Shown piece by piece: positions 1 to 12,750 of a stretch of DNA of 64,000 nucleotides. This stretch comes from the human T2T-CHM13v2.0 reference genome, Homo sapiens. The DNA lies in the NCBI RefSeq assembly GCF_009914755.1, contig NC_060947.1. The stretch is one strand, 5' to 3'. The translations under genes were made by a program, and so were the position numbers. A model generated the notes under the pieces. That model was given only the letters and a program-made list of their open reading frames with translations, was not told the DNA's origin and did not search any database. Every line of letters begins with the position of its first letter. Position 1 is the first letter of the stretch.

Positions 1-1535
1 CACTCAAGGCCTAAGGGCTGTACAACCAGCATGTGGTGAATCCAGTCAGGTGTGTTTCCTTCCCTCCGGGGTGGTGAGCTCCCCCTAGCCTTGGGAGTGT
101 CCAGAGATACCTTCCAGGAGCCATTGCCTAGAATTGGGAACCTTAGGAATCTACTTCATGCTCTATTTTACTGCAGCTGATCTGGTACCCAATCCATTAG
201 ACAAAGTCCTTCCCACTCTTTCCTTCCCTTTCCTTGAGCAGAGGAGTCTTTTCCTGTCACTCCCACTGCCCCTGGCCTGTGGCAAGTACTGCCTGGCTGC
301 CACCGATGTTCACTCAAGGCCTACGAGCTCTTCAGTCAGCTTGTGATGAATGATGCCAGGCTTGGGTCTCTCCTTTCAGGGAAGTGGGCTCCCATCTGGC
401 CCAGAGCAGGTCCAGAAATATTGTCCAGCAACCAAGGACTGAAACCAGGGACCCCAGGAGCCTGCTTGGTGCTCTACCCTACTATTGACAAGTTTTATTC
501 TTCCCTTTCCTTTTCTGAAGCAAAAGGTGTCCCTCTCTGTAACCATCACAACTAAGAATGTGCTGGGTCACACCTAAAGACAGCATGGCTGTAAGTCTCA
601 CCAAAGGACTATGGTGAGTACTGCTTGGTTACCATTGCTGATTATTCAGGGTCCAAGTGCTCTTTAGTCAGCAGGTGATAAATCCTGCCAGAAGTGGGTC
701 CTTTCCTTCAAGGCAGCTGGTTCCCTTCTTGCCCAGAGTGTGTTCAGAAATATCATCTGGTAGCTAGGTCCTAGAATTTGAGCTTCAGGACTCTGCCTGG
801 TGCCCTATTCTACTGCACTTAAGGTGATATCCAAGTTGCAAGACAAAGTCTCTCCTGTCTTCTCTCTTCAAGTGGAAAGGATTCTCCCCAAGAGGTGTAA
901 GCCGTCCTGCCTGGGGTTTGGGGACTGGTGACACAAGCACTCCTTTGGCCATTCTGGCTAATGTCGCACTAGGTCACATGCACCCCATGTCCACTGGCTC
1001 TAAGCCCAGCACAGCACCAAGAATTACCTAGGAATTGAAGTTTTGTAGCTTAGAGTGCCTTTTAAGTTCATTTAGAACCCCAGAGCACTTTAGTTCATGG
1101 TAGCACTGTTTGCCAGAACTCAGGTTCCCACCATTAGGATGGGTGACTTGCCTCTGGCTAGGTCTGGTCTAAATGCTTCCTCTGTGGACACCAGCTGAGT
1201 TCTGCCTTAAATTGCTTTCCACTGTGACAGGGCAGCACTGAGTTACTGAGTTCCAATGCAAAGTTCCACAATTGCGGTACTCTCCCTCCCCCAAACACGC
1301 AAGTTCTCTCCACACCACACAGCCACTGTTGGGGGATGGAGGAGGGGTGGAATAGGCAATTCAAGACTGTCTTTCCTACCCTATTAAGCACCTCTTTACT
1401 TAATGTTAAAACAAGGTACTGTGATTGCTCACCTGATTTTTGGTTCCTATGAAGGTTCTTTTTTGTGCACAATTTTGTGTTCTTGCATGGGAGAAAATCA
1501 CTGGAAGCTTCAACTCATCCATCTTTCTCTGCCAC
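1..1535 (-). mobile_element. Old L1 5'UTR (L1M1/L1M2_5-like, L1MA lineage) with ~310-335 bp tandem monomers
   Basis: Recurrent motifs CACTCAAGGCCTA (1, 311), GACAAAGTC (~200, ~842) and AGTACTGC (~286, ~618). Ends near CCATCTT, the reverse complement of the L1 5' AAGATGG start. Confidence 0.7.
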
Positions 1536-1539
1536 TCTT

Positions 1540-1990
1540 CCTTCATTTCTGAAGGACAGCTTTCCCAGATAATGCATTCTTGATTGGTTGGCAATCCCCC
1601 CCCACCTCAGCACTTTCAATATTTTCCCAATCTCTCCTGGATTGTCAATTTCCTGCTGAGAAGTTTGCTCCTAACCTTACTGAAATTCCTTCTATGTGCG
1701 ATATACTTCTTTTCACTTGAGGTTTTCTGAATCCTTTCTTCATCTTTAATTTTTGACCATTTAATTATAAGACTTGGTTTAGTCTTGTTAGGATTAAATC
1801 TGACTTCAGACATTTGACTTTTCTGTACCTGGATATTTATATGTTTTCTCAGATTTAGAAAGATTTCAGCTGTTATTTTTTCCCTTTGTTTATCTCTTCT
1901 TCTTAACCCATATAATTTGAATATTTGTTCTCTTGATGCTGCCCCATACATTCTGTAAGCATTCTTTATTCCTTTCCAGTGTTTTTTCTT
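1540..1990 (-). mobile_element. Old L1M ORF1 fragment
   Basis: ORF 1616-1951(-) reads ITAEIFLNLRKHINIQVQKSQ...IIKWSKIKDEERIQK, resembling the ORF1p RRM/CTD. Confidence 0.75.
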
Positions 1991-1999
1991 CTGTGTAAA

Positions 2000-3330
2000 T
2001 TTTGAATAAATTGCACTGATACTCAGAATGCAGCATCCCTACTGTTACCATAATAGTAACAGATGCAAGGTGTGGATACTTATGAAGTAAACAGAAAGCT
2101 GAGAATGTGAGCCCAGATGTGCACAGATTTACAGTGGTTTCAGGGTCAGGGCATGATCTAGTTCTTTATGGAATATGATCTGGTTCCTGGAGCACAGGTA
2201 CACTCAAAGAGATGCTGGCTCTGGGGCCAAAGTGTGAACAATTTTCTATGGCAATGGCTCTGGTGTCTGAGACATTGGCAGGCACAGTGCAGCCACAGAG
2301 CTGGGGTCCATAGTGTGAGCAATAACAAAGCAGCTGCAGCTTGAGAGTTAGATCTCACATGGGAATGGGACAAGTGGCAGCTCTGGTCCTGAAGCAGCAC
2401 AATTTTGGCTGCTTCTTGAAGGGACTTAGGGGTATAGCTGCATCTCACACTCTGGTGTTCCTCAGAGAAAATGATTGTTCATTATCTCAGTGACCTAAGA
2501 TGCTGGCATCTTCTGCAGAGCGGGTCACTGAGGACCATGGTGGTTCCTGCTATTAATGCCAATAATCATCAACTTCTTTTTTTGTCCCTAGCCATCTCCT
2601 GGCATCTCAGGTATGCTGATCTCACTAGTGATCCTTTTTATGTGGATAATCTGTTTCATTTGCTTCATTGTGTTGCTACAGATTTTTAAATAGGCTCTTG
2701 AGCTCTCCCAGGGCAAATTTGCTTGCGGATGTCTATCTATCTATCTCTCTAACTCTCTCTCTCTATCTCTCTATCTGTCTATCATCTTTTCTTATGGGGC
2801 AATAAAGGGTGATATCTCCCACTCCATCATTTTGGTGGTTTCTGAGGAATGCATTATATTCTTCACCTTCTTCAGCATTTTTATAAACATTATTTTGACT
2901 CTTTGTTTTTAATTAATGCATCTCCATTTTCTTTATGGTCCCTTACTTTAGATTTACTTTGTTCAATTGTTTGGGCTATGTTTCTTTGTTTCTGCTTCTG
3001 TCTCATATATTTTTTTAGAATCCATAGATTTGAAAAAAAAATAAAAATAAGTTTTTTAGAATACATTTGGAAAAAAAAAAAAAAAAAGACTGTCTCTCCT
3101 AGTCTTTATAAACTGACTTTGTACAGGGACAGATTCTCACCAGTCAGCCTGTGTAGACATTCTTGTTGCCTCCAAAACTTTTGCGGGGTGCTATTGTAAT
3201 TCTTTGAGATTGTGTATGCAGTTTCTCAATTATTGAGGCTTTCTGTTTTCCTTTTCAGGAGCTCCTACAATTTTGTTTCCTCTTCTGGCTATATGCAGTA
3301 CTGTTGTTCTTACTCTCCCCTCATTTTCCT
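2000..3330 (-). mobile_element. Degraded old L1M 5'-region fragments
   Basis: L1M-like 5' end (CTCCATCATTTTGG ~2822) and T-rich L1M 5' flanking sequence. Contains a (TCTA)/(CT) simple repeat at ~2731-2785. Confidence 0.45.
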
Positions 3331-3596
3331 CATGTAGATGTATCAAAATTTAAGGTTAAATCAATACTCAAAATATTCTTCTAATTGTGACTATGTGAAT
3401 ACTTTTACACTGAGCCAAATAGTATCCAATGATTACATTTCCTTTCTTATAAAATATCCCTTCCATATTCTCATTCTCAGTTAAAAATTAACTTTTTTTG
3501 TTTAGTTTTCTATGTAGTCATATCTAAATTTCTGAAGAACATTAACAATGGAAAACTCTTATTTATATAAAATTATTTTTCAGTGTAAAAGGAGAA

Positions 3597-3890
3597 CGGG
3601 CTCCAGAAACCCATGTGGATACCAAAATCTATAGATGTTCAAGTCCCTTATATTGAATGCCATAGCATTAACAAATAACCTACATAAACCCTCTCATATA
3701 CTTTAAATTTTCTCTAGATTACTTATAATACATAATATAATATAAACAATAGGTAAATAGTTGTTATATTATATTTTTATTTGTATTATTTTTTATTGCT
3801 ATATTGCTATGTTCATTATTAGTTTCAACTATTTTGACCCATCATTGATTGAATGTGGATGTGAAACCCAGGGATATGGAAGGCTGACTG
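3597..3890 (+). mobile_element. MER2 (TcMar-Tigger non-autonomous DNA transposon)
   Basis: GGATACCAAAATC..GATGTTCAAGTCCCTTATA...TCTCTAGATTACTTATAATA...GGATATGGAAGGCTGACTG matches the recalled MER2 consensus, including the right terminus. Confidence 0.8.
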
Positions 3891-4007
3891 TCTCACCAAA
3901 TTCTAGTTTAAGCGTGTTAGTTATATTAATTATGTCCTCTCAATAGCCTTTCAAGACAAACACACAGACACACAATATGTGTTATATAATAAGCAATTAT
4001 TATTTAG

Positions 4008-4345
4008 TTTTTATTTTTATTTTATTTTATTTTATTTTATTTTATTTTATTTTATTTTATTTTTCAGATGGAGTCTCACTCTGTCGCCCAGGCTGGAGCG
4101 CAGTGGTGCAATCTCGACTCACTGCAAGCTCCATCTCCCGGTTCATGCCATTCTCCTGCCTCAGCCTCCCGAGTAGCTGGGACTACAGGCACCTGCCACC
4201 ATGCCTGGCTAATTTTTTGTATTTTTTAGTAGATACAGTGTTTCACCGTGTTAGCCAAGATGGTCTCGATCTCCTGACCTCGTGAACCGCTGGCTTCGGC
4301 CTCCCAAAGTGCTGGGATTACAGGCGTGAGCCACCATGCCTGGCC
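4008..4345 (-). mobile_element. AluY with (TTTTA)n-patterned A-tail
   Basis: Full Alu dimer. AluY-type diagnostics CTGCAAGCTCC, GCCATTCTCC, GTGTTAGCCA and TCTCGATCTCCTGACCTCGTGA. Tail at 4008-4064. Confidence 0.9.
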
Positions 4346-4349
4346 TATT

Positions 4350-4800
4350 GTTTTTAACTTTAAAAAGTAATATGATGTTTTTATGTAATCTTTTTAAGCT
4401 TACTTGTGTTTTTGATATTATACTGCCAAGATTTATCCACATTGATGCATGCAGCTCTATTTCTCTCTTTGACTAATGTCTAATATTCCATTGTTTCAAC
4501 AAACCACTACACTCCTCTTCATTGGCATTTATATTATTTCAGGAGTTATGCAATTATTAAGTAATCTTATGTTATGAATAGTATTGTACATGTCCTCTGG
4601 TGAATATATGTAAGTGTTTCTCTTCAGTCTAAAACAAGGAGTGAAAATACTCATATGGTATATGAGTATTCAATTTATAAGATAATAGCAAACATTTTTC
4701 CAAAGTGACCAAACTATTTAACAATCCTACCAGCAATATGTGTGACATACTTGATCCACATCTTCGGCAACGTTGATTATTAAGAGATATTCTTTTAGGT
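4350..4800 (-). mobile_element. L1ME-type 3' fragment
   Basis: TTTATCCACATTGATGCATG...AATATTCCATTG...TTTTCCAAAGTG...CCTACCAGCAATATG is typical of antisense old L1 3' regions. Confidence 0.6.
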
Positions 4801-6220
4801 ATATGTAAATATTATAGTCTTTTAATTTTTTATTATTTTTATATCTTGATGGCTTTTATAATGTCTTCTTTTAGTTCTAGAAAGTTACAGTTTTTTGGAC
4901 ATTTTTGTAGCGTGAGATTACTGACTTTTCTCTTTCTCCAATTTTCCTCTTTTCTCTTTTTTGGGTCTTAATATTCCATAATAAAACCTCTCTTCAAATA
5001 TTTTATGAAACTTGGGTATTCGTTTATAGTTAAGAGTGATACACTAAAACCCAATCAAAAGCTTCATGTGCTTGGTCAAGATCTGTGTGTTTTGACAGGC
5101 TCCACCATAACACAATTGAGTACAAACCTGGCCATTTCACCAGAGACTTCCAATCATCAGTCTTTTTGGGGGTCCAGTTTCTTCAGATGGAATCTATATT
5201 TGCTTACCTGTTAAACTGTAAACCTGGTTTTCAGTGTTCTGGAAGCCAAAGAGGAAAAAGAGGACTTGGCATTTCACTAATCAGTACATTGGCTTTCATT
5301 AAATTGCCCTGTTTCAGAATAGCACCTCTAACCTCTCTTTTAATGTGTCTAGTCTGATGTTCCTGACTTCAGAGGCTCTGTGATTCTATTGCTGCAAGTG
5401 CGGGGAAGGAACCCTGAAAAGTAAGTTGCTCAATAGGCTACTTTTCAGCCACTCCTGTTTGACCTTCTGTTTCATCCCTGGCTTCTGAAGTAACTGATGC
5501 CTCCAGTTTTTTATGTTTTCTGGCATTCTGTATCCCAAATTAACTGTGTTTGTTTGGTATTTTCCTCTGCAAGCCTTTAGACCCCAGATTTCTCCAATCT
5601 CCTAAGTCATTACCATTCATCTGTCCACTGTATATCTTCTTCAATTATGCGGACACCTGTTACTGTAATATATTTGTATTACTGTTGTGGTTATATATGT
5701 ATCCTCTTAAAAACTGGTATTTTTACCATTTTATTGGAGATTCTGGAGGCAGCAAATAATGAAGACCATCTTCAATGTTTAATCAGAAGATCCAGCTCAG
5801 TTAGTTCTTCAATTTATACTATATAAATCTTATTTTAGACCATGGCCAACACAGAATTCTGCATGTGATTCCTTGGTATCTGCTGCCAAGTGCACAATAG
5901 GTCAGATTATGAAGTAATTGATATGGTTAATTATGATGATAATCTAAATAAATGGTTTCACCTTGACATAATATATTTATCTCAAGATATCTGTATAAAA
6001 GCATTATTTTTTAGTACTAATCACAACTATTTTTACTACAGATACTCAAATCATTCCTTGTTGATTGAGCCTTCCTATGTAGGATTTTACTTTTATTTTC
6101 AGGTCAGATTTGACCAAAAAATAACTTTAAGGATGAGTATTAAGCATGCAGTCAGATTCTAATATTACCAAATAAAGTACATTGCAATCCTTTTTCAAGG
6201 CAATGTAAGGAAAGCAACAA

Positions 6221-6640
6221 TTATAGGTAATTTTGGATATCTGACTCTCCAAACCTCATGTTATTGAAGGAGGGGGCTTAATGAGAGGTGTTTAGATCAT
6301 GGGGGTGGTTCCCTCATGAATGTCTTGGTGCTGTTTTCATGGTAATGAGTTTCTCTATTAGTGCTTGCAAATGTTCTCTCAAGAGCTGGTTGTCAAAATA
6401 AGCTTAGCACCTTCCTTCTTTCTCTTGCCTTCTCCCTTTCCATGTGATCTCTACACATGCTAGCTCCACTTCGCCTTCTCTCATGAACAGAAGTAGCTGC
6501 AGGCCCTCACCAGAAACCAAGCAGTTGCTGGAACTATGTTTCTTGTACATCGTGAAGAAATGTGAGCCAAATAAACTTTTTTTATATAAATTATCTGACC
6601 TCAGGTATTCCTTTATAGTAACACTAAAAAAACTAAGACA
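6221..6640 (+). mobile_element. MSTB-type MaLR solo LTR
   Basis: GGTGTTTAGATCATGGGGGTGG..CCCTCATGAATG...TGTGAGCCAAATAAAC...CTCAGGTATTCCTTTATAG...CTAAGACA terminus. Confidence 0.8.
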
Positions 6641-7754
6641 ATAGGCATTATTGACATTATAAAAATATATTGTACTTTCATTACAAGAATAATACATGCT
6701 TACTCTAATAAATAAAAAAACGAGGTGTATAACTAAAATATTTTTCCCATCTCACCTCTTTTCAGATAAGCAATGTGAATAGTTCTCAGCATTTTTTTGT
6801 GCTCACACAAAGATCTACAGTTTTGTGCACATGTAATATTTTTATGTTTGTTTTTACAAAAATGAGACCATATTATATGCATTATTTTACATAACCATGT
6901 GATATTGACATCTATGTCAATACATGTACAGCTTTATTTCTAATAACTGAAATATATGGACGCATTCTATTATATCTAACCACACAATCTATATTTCTTC
7001 ATTGCTCATGTTTTGCCCTTAAAGCATAGAAACAGTGGCTTCTGCAAAGAGTCCTGTGCTTTAGAGGGCCTCACTTTAGCACTACTTCAGTTGCTTCACT
7101 CCCACAGAGTGAAGAATTGTAGGACCAAGGGGAAGTTCCCACTAAAATCCTGCAACTTCCTTTGAGATGACACTTTGTTCTTCAGGATCCCAGAATTTCC
7201 TTGGCAACTTTCCTAAGCTCTCTTCCAGGCCTCTCCAAATCTCTACCCCAAGATCTGTTTTCCCATCACATACACCACTATACCAAAGGATATTCAAGGG
7301 GCATCTGCTTGCAAAGGTTGTGATTGGACTGTAAGTGAACACATGTAATTGTCTACATGTGCGCACCAGGATTCTTTAGAGTGGAACAAAGTCGTATGTG
7401 GGAAGAAAATGGGAGTGTACCACAGGTCAGGGCACTGGGCAATAGTACTGGCTGCATTTCCATCTTCTGGTGTAGAATTCTGAGAAGTCAAAAATTTTAA
7501 ATTTGTACCTGATGTTTCAGGTCATTTTAAAAGTATCCTTTTTAATGAAACTTAATAAAACATTTATTTAAATTTTTGTTAGTCATTTAAACAATACATG
7601 TGTTATTTAGGTATCCATTTTGTACTGTCTTGAGCTCCACAAATATTGGAGATATGCTTGCAAAATAAAGATATAGACTTGTGTTTTTCATATAACACTA
7701 CTGTATTTTACACTATTTGTGGGAAAGGGATTTGTTTCGTACCACTTTTTATTT

Positions 7755-7832
7755 ATTATGGAGGCTACCATAAAATCTTGAACATAGTTGATACTTAATA
7801 CATGTCAGCTGAATGAATTTGTGAAGGAATTA
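7755..7832 (+). mobile_element. L2 3' tail remnant
   Basis: CATAGTTGATACTTAATACATGTCAGCTGAATGAAT resembles the L2 3' end with (TGAA)n. Confidence 0.45.
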
Positions 7833-8989
7833 TCTTCTTTAGTACTTATTAGTTCAAACTTGTGGACATTCGGTATATGTTGTTGAGTTTAAAAATGAGT
7901 CTGTTTTTTACTATGGGAGGTTCTTTTTTTTTTTGCTTAAGTGTGTATACCTTAAGCAAAAAATAATATACCCAACTTCTCATTTGGATAATCAGGAAAA
8001 CTAATTTTTAATTATGGGATACATTCCTTTCTTATAATTCATTTTAAAACTATATTTAATTGTAAATGCTAAATCAATCTTTTGCAAGAAGTACTTACAC
8101 CTAAGGACGTACTTCCCTTGAGGTCATGCTTTCAAACTTGACTAAGAGCAATAAATCAAAGTATCTTCACAGATATACAGTGTGTTTCCATTCTATTGGA
8201 TCAACTTGCCATCTCCAGCTTGTGATTTTACTAAAAATCGCCTATTTTTACAACCTTGACAGTTATAGACATGAATAAAAATACCACACTGCCCATTCTA
8301 GGCTATTTTGCATAACCCAACTGATTGGCAATGAAATAAAGAAAACCCAACAAATAATTTAAAATATGATTGGATCTTTGTTTTTATATTTATTTAAGTG
8401 TAAACTAAACTTTAAAAAGTTTAAAATAATTTATTTTTAAATACTTCATTTTAATTTTCATGAGAATATTGACCCTAGCAATGGAAAAAGTATATATCAA
8501 GTTGCCATATTTTACAATTGTGTTTTTAACTAATGCCTGTGACAGCATCCATTGGTTTTTCAGTCCACCTCTTCTAATAAAATCAAAAAAGGAAACAAGA
8601 GTCAAAGCCACATAAAAGAATACAAACATAAATACAAGAAATTTTTCTATTACATGATAAAAGAAAGGTTCAGGTAGTATCTGTCGCCTCTTGCTATTTA
8701 TCACCTCCCTCTATAAGTCCTGTTCACCTCTTATCATGTTTTCTCTACTATGCAATTTCTTTCCAAGAGAAGAGAAAGCTACTCCTTAAGAGCTTGGAAG
8801 TGTTTATTGCTATTATTGTGAGAGTAAGAAAGTGATTAAGCCCCCACTACTTGTATACAAAGGTTGTGCTACATCTCATAGACCATTATGTCAAAAATTT
8901 CAAGAAGACCCCTATTGACTTCTTTACTACCTTTTACGTCTAACTTACCGTACTCATTGTCATTTGGCAAAATATCCCATATGGAAATG

Positions 8990-10505
8990 TAAACAGTAGA
9001 TTAATTTGATGTTGGAATTATCTGACAAATTTTTCAAGCAGCCATCATATAAATACTTAAACAAACAATTAAAAACCCATAGGAAAAAATAGAAAATACT
9101 AGCACAGAAATAAAAGTTGTAAGACAGAACAAAAAGAAAATTATACAACTTGAAATATAATAACCAAACCAAAACAAAACAGAAACCTCAAAGTATGGTC
9201 ACAATGGTAGAGCGGAGGTAGTAGAAGATAGAACTGATGAGCTTGAATAGAGATTAATTGAATTTATCCAATTTGAACAATAGAAAGAAAATAAACTGAA
9301 GAAATGATTAACAGAGTCTTCAGGATCTGTAGGTCAATAACAAAAAGAGCTAATATTCTTAGCATTGAAGTACCTAAAGCAAAGAAAAGAGAAAACATAT
9401 CTAAAAAAAAATTTGAAAGAATAATAACAGAAAAGGTCCTAAATTTGGCAAAATATATAAATCTACAGATTCAAGAAGCTACGTGAACCTAAATAGGATA
9501 AAGTTAAAGAAATTTATGACAAGATACATCATATTTGAACTTCCGAAATCTAAAGACAAAGAACAAAATTAAAAGTAACCAGAGAGAAATAACACATCAC
9601 TTACAGGGAAACACTAATTCAAATGGCAATGTATTTTTCATTAGAAACCATGAAGACATGAAGGAAGTGGCACACTGGTTTACAAGAACTGAAAGAAAAG
9701 AACTGTCAACTATAAACTCTATATCAAGCAAAAATTATCCTTAAGGAAGAAAGAGTTTGAAATAAAGACATTCTCAGATAAAGACAAACTAAGAGAATTT
9801 GTTGCCGGCAAACCTATCCTTAAAGAATGATAAAAGAAAGTATCTAAACTGAAAAGGTATGATAACAGGAAAAGTCCAGGAATTTCAGAAACAAAAAGAA
9901 TATTGGACTAGGTGAAAATATGAGTAAATATAGTAAATATAATAAACTATTCTCCACACAATTTTTAAAAATCATAGTTAATAATTAAAACAGAAATTAT
10001 AATGCCTTCTGATATGGTACTGAATCTAATTAGAGAAAATATTGAAGACAATTTAATTTTTAGAATGTGTAGGGCCAAGGTTAGATTTTAAAATGTGTAG
10101 GGCCAAGGTATGTGCATTTTTTGTTGTTATTAAAATGTTAGTACTGGCAGATTGTGGTGCATTATGTGTGTATAAACTAAAGCACTATAAATAAATCAAA
10201 GTGAAATCAGAAGAAAATGTTTATACAATCCCCAAGAAGGCAAGAAAACAAAAGCAGAGGGAAAAAAATAAGGGAAACACAAAAATCAAACTATAAAATG
10301 GCAGTTTTGAGCCCTAATATATCAATAATCACATTATGTCTAAATGGTTTAAATGCACCAGTTAAGAGAAAGAAATTAGTGGAGTGGAAAAATAAAAACA
10401 ACTCTTCATAAAAAATTCACTTTAAACACTACGATATAAATAAGGTTAAAGTAAATTGATTAAGAAATATATATCATGATGCAAACATTAATTTAAAATG
10501 GTAGT
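8990..10505 (+). mobile_element. L1MD/L1MC-type 5' part (ORF1 and start of ORF2)
   Basis: ORFs 9304 and 9535 resemble ORF1p. ORF 10217 contains SPNISIITLCLNGLNAPVKR, the ORF2 endonuclease N-terminus. Confidence 0.75.
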
Positions 10506-10512
10506 GGGTATA

Positions 10513-12435
10513 TGTATTCGTTTTTGCTGCTACAACAGAATACCTGGCTGGAGTAATTTATAAGAAATAGAAATTTGTTGGTTCACAATTCTAAAGTCTG
10601 GGAAGCTCAATATTAAGGTGCTGGCATATAGTGAGGGTCTTCTTAATGCATCACTACATGACAGAAGAACAGGACAAAGAGAGGGTGAGAGAGCAAGAGG
10701 GGGCTGAATTCAGTCTTTTGTAATAGCATTACTCCTAACAATGATGGAAGACCCCTCATGGCCTACTCACCTCTTAGAGGTCTCACCTCTTAATACTTTT
10801 ACAATGGCAATCAAATTTTACCATGAGTTTTGGAGATGACATACAATCAAACCTTAGCATTTTAACCCTGTCTCCACAATACTCATGTAATTCTCACATA
10901 CAAAATGCATTAACTCCATCTCAATATCCCTGAAAATCTTAACTCATTCCAGCATCAACTCAAAAGTCCAGAGTACATAGTCTCATCTAAATCACATGTG
11001 CGTGAAACTCAAGACACAGTTCATCCTGAGGGAAATTCCCCTCACCTTTAGCTGTGAGCCTGTGAAATCAAAATAAGTTACATGCTTCCAAAATACAACG
11101 GTGGGTCAGGCATATAGGATAGGCATTCCCATTGTTAAAGGAAGCAACAGGAAAAAAGAAAGGGAAAACAAGTCCCAAGTAAGTTTAAAAAAAATACAAA
11201 ATAAAACAGGGTTAATTACATTAAGTCTTAAGGCTCCAGAATTATCTCATTTGACTCCATGTCCCTCCTTTGTGCACACTGGTGCATAGGTGCAGCATAC
11301 AAGGCCTCAGGCAGTCCTGCCCCGTGGCTTTGCTAGGCTCAGCATACACAGCAGCTCTCACATATTAGTCTCTTGCCTACAGCTTTCCAAGCTTGGCATT
11401 GTATGCTGGTGGCTCTACAGTTCTAGAGTCCTGGGGGCTCTTCTTTCACAGCTCCACTAGGCATTGCCCTACTGGGAACTCTGTGGTAGCACTACCTCAG
11501 AGAGAGGACTGGTTGAAACCCAGGCTGTTCACAACATTGTTTGAAGTTTAGATGGAGGAAGCCATGCCTCCACAGCTCTTGCACTCTGCACACCAACAGA
11601 ATGAGTACCATAAGGACATCACCAAAGCTCATGACTTGCACCCTCCAGCGCTCTGAGTCAAGTCACACCTGGACTCACTTGAGCCATGGCTGGGGTGGCT
11701 GAGGAGCTCTTTGCAGAATGTAGGGGGAGGAGACCCTGGGTATCCTGGGCAGTGGGCCCTGATGTCCCATAGGCATCGCAAACCCATCAACTAAAACCAT
11801 TTTGCTTTAGCATATCAGGCTTGTGAAGGGAGGAACAGCCTCAAAGATGTCTGAAATACTTTTGGGATCATTCTCCCACTGTCTTGATAAATAGCACCTG
11901 GCTTCTTTTTATCTATACTAATCTCCTTATCAAATAGCTGGTTGGTCATAGCCTTGGATTTCTCTCTCATTTTTTAAATAGCCAGGCTGAGTGTTTTGCA
12001 AATCTTTACAATCCGCCTCCCACTTAATTACAAATTTTGCCTTTAAATAACTTATCTCCTCTTGCATTTTACTATAATCAGCTAAGAAAGCCATGCAGTA
12101 GTCTGAATGCTTTTTTGTTTATAGGTTTCTTCTGCCTAATATTCTAGTTTATTACTTTTAAGTCCTGCCTCCCACAAAATCCTGGGTACATACAAAATTC
12201 AGCCAAGCTCTTTGCCACTTTATAACATGGGTATACCTTCCTCCAGTTTTCAATACCTTATTTCTCATATTTGCCTGATACCTCAGCAGAATGGCCTTCA
12301 TTGTCCATATTCCTACCAGCATTCTTTTCCCAATCACTTAAGTAATCTATAAGATTCAGACTTTTCCTATAGCTATTCTCTTTTTCTGAGACTTCACCCA
12401 AACACCTTTAATACCTAGTTCATGTGAATATAGGC
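10513..12435 (-). mobile_element. MaLR (MSTD/MLT1A-type) 3' LTR (10513-10859) plus internal sequence; 5' LTR missing
   Basis: LTR ends CAAACCTTAGCA. The internal part parallels the MSTA internal at 45260-46895 (AATCTTAACTCATTCCAGCATCAACTCAAAAGTCC, TCACAGCTCCACTAGGCA). Confidence 0.8.
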
Positions 12436-12461
12436 TACTAACAAAATCATTTACTTCAAAA

Positions 12462-12750
12462 TGTTACAGGTAGCTAGACAGGCATGAGCGGGGCAGGAAA
12501 GGGTTCCCCCCACAACCCCCAGGAATGTCAGGTGATGGAGTGATAGTTCAACAATTATCATGCTGCCTCTGTAAAATGATAATTTGGCAGCTGGCACCAG
12601 GGAGAGACAACCTCCTAATGTTCCACGGCTGCCACCGTAAAGCGTTAATTTAACGTAGGCAGCAGGGAGAAGCAACTTCCTGGCATGGGCATTAAGAGAC
12701 AAAATGGGAGTGTATGACCTTCTGGGGGCACTCCACCAGAAAAGGAAAGA
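12462..12750 (+). mobile_element. ERV1-class LTR 5' half (MER66-like)
   Basis: Starts TGTTACAGGTAGCTAGACAGGCATGAGCGGGGCAGG and contains CATTAAGAGACAAAATGG..GTATGACCTT. Truncated by the adjacent L1. Confidence 0.55.

Noticed and set aside
1-960. Spaced repeats as a CRISPR-like array
   Set aside because: They are long diverged monomers of an L1 5'UTR in a mammalian genome, with no short identical repeats or cas genes.
2849-3199. 116-aa hydrophobic, membrane-like ORF
   Set aside because: It comes from T-rich antisense L1 sequence with a poly-A run, a compositional artefact.
3977-4442. ORFs with FILFY repeats and an Alu-like peptide
   Set aside because: They are AluY plus its (TTTTA)n tail; the same applies to ORFs 13891 and 43961.
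4850-5790. Possible HAL1 or L1ME 5' remnant and short ORFs 5005, 5085 and 5550
   Set aside because: Too diverged to assign, and the ORFs have no recognisable motif.
7030-7660. Possible old hAT-type DNA transposon
   Set aside because: The ends are vaguely MER91-like, but I could not establish TIRs, a TSD or a family.
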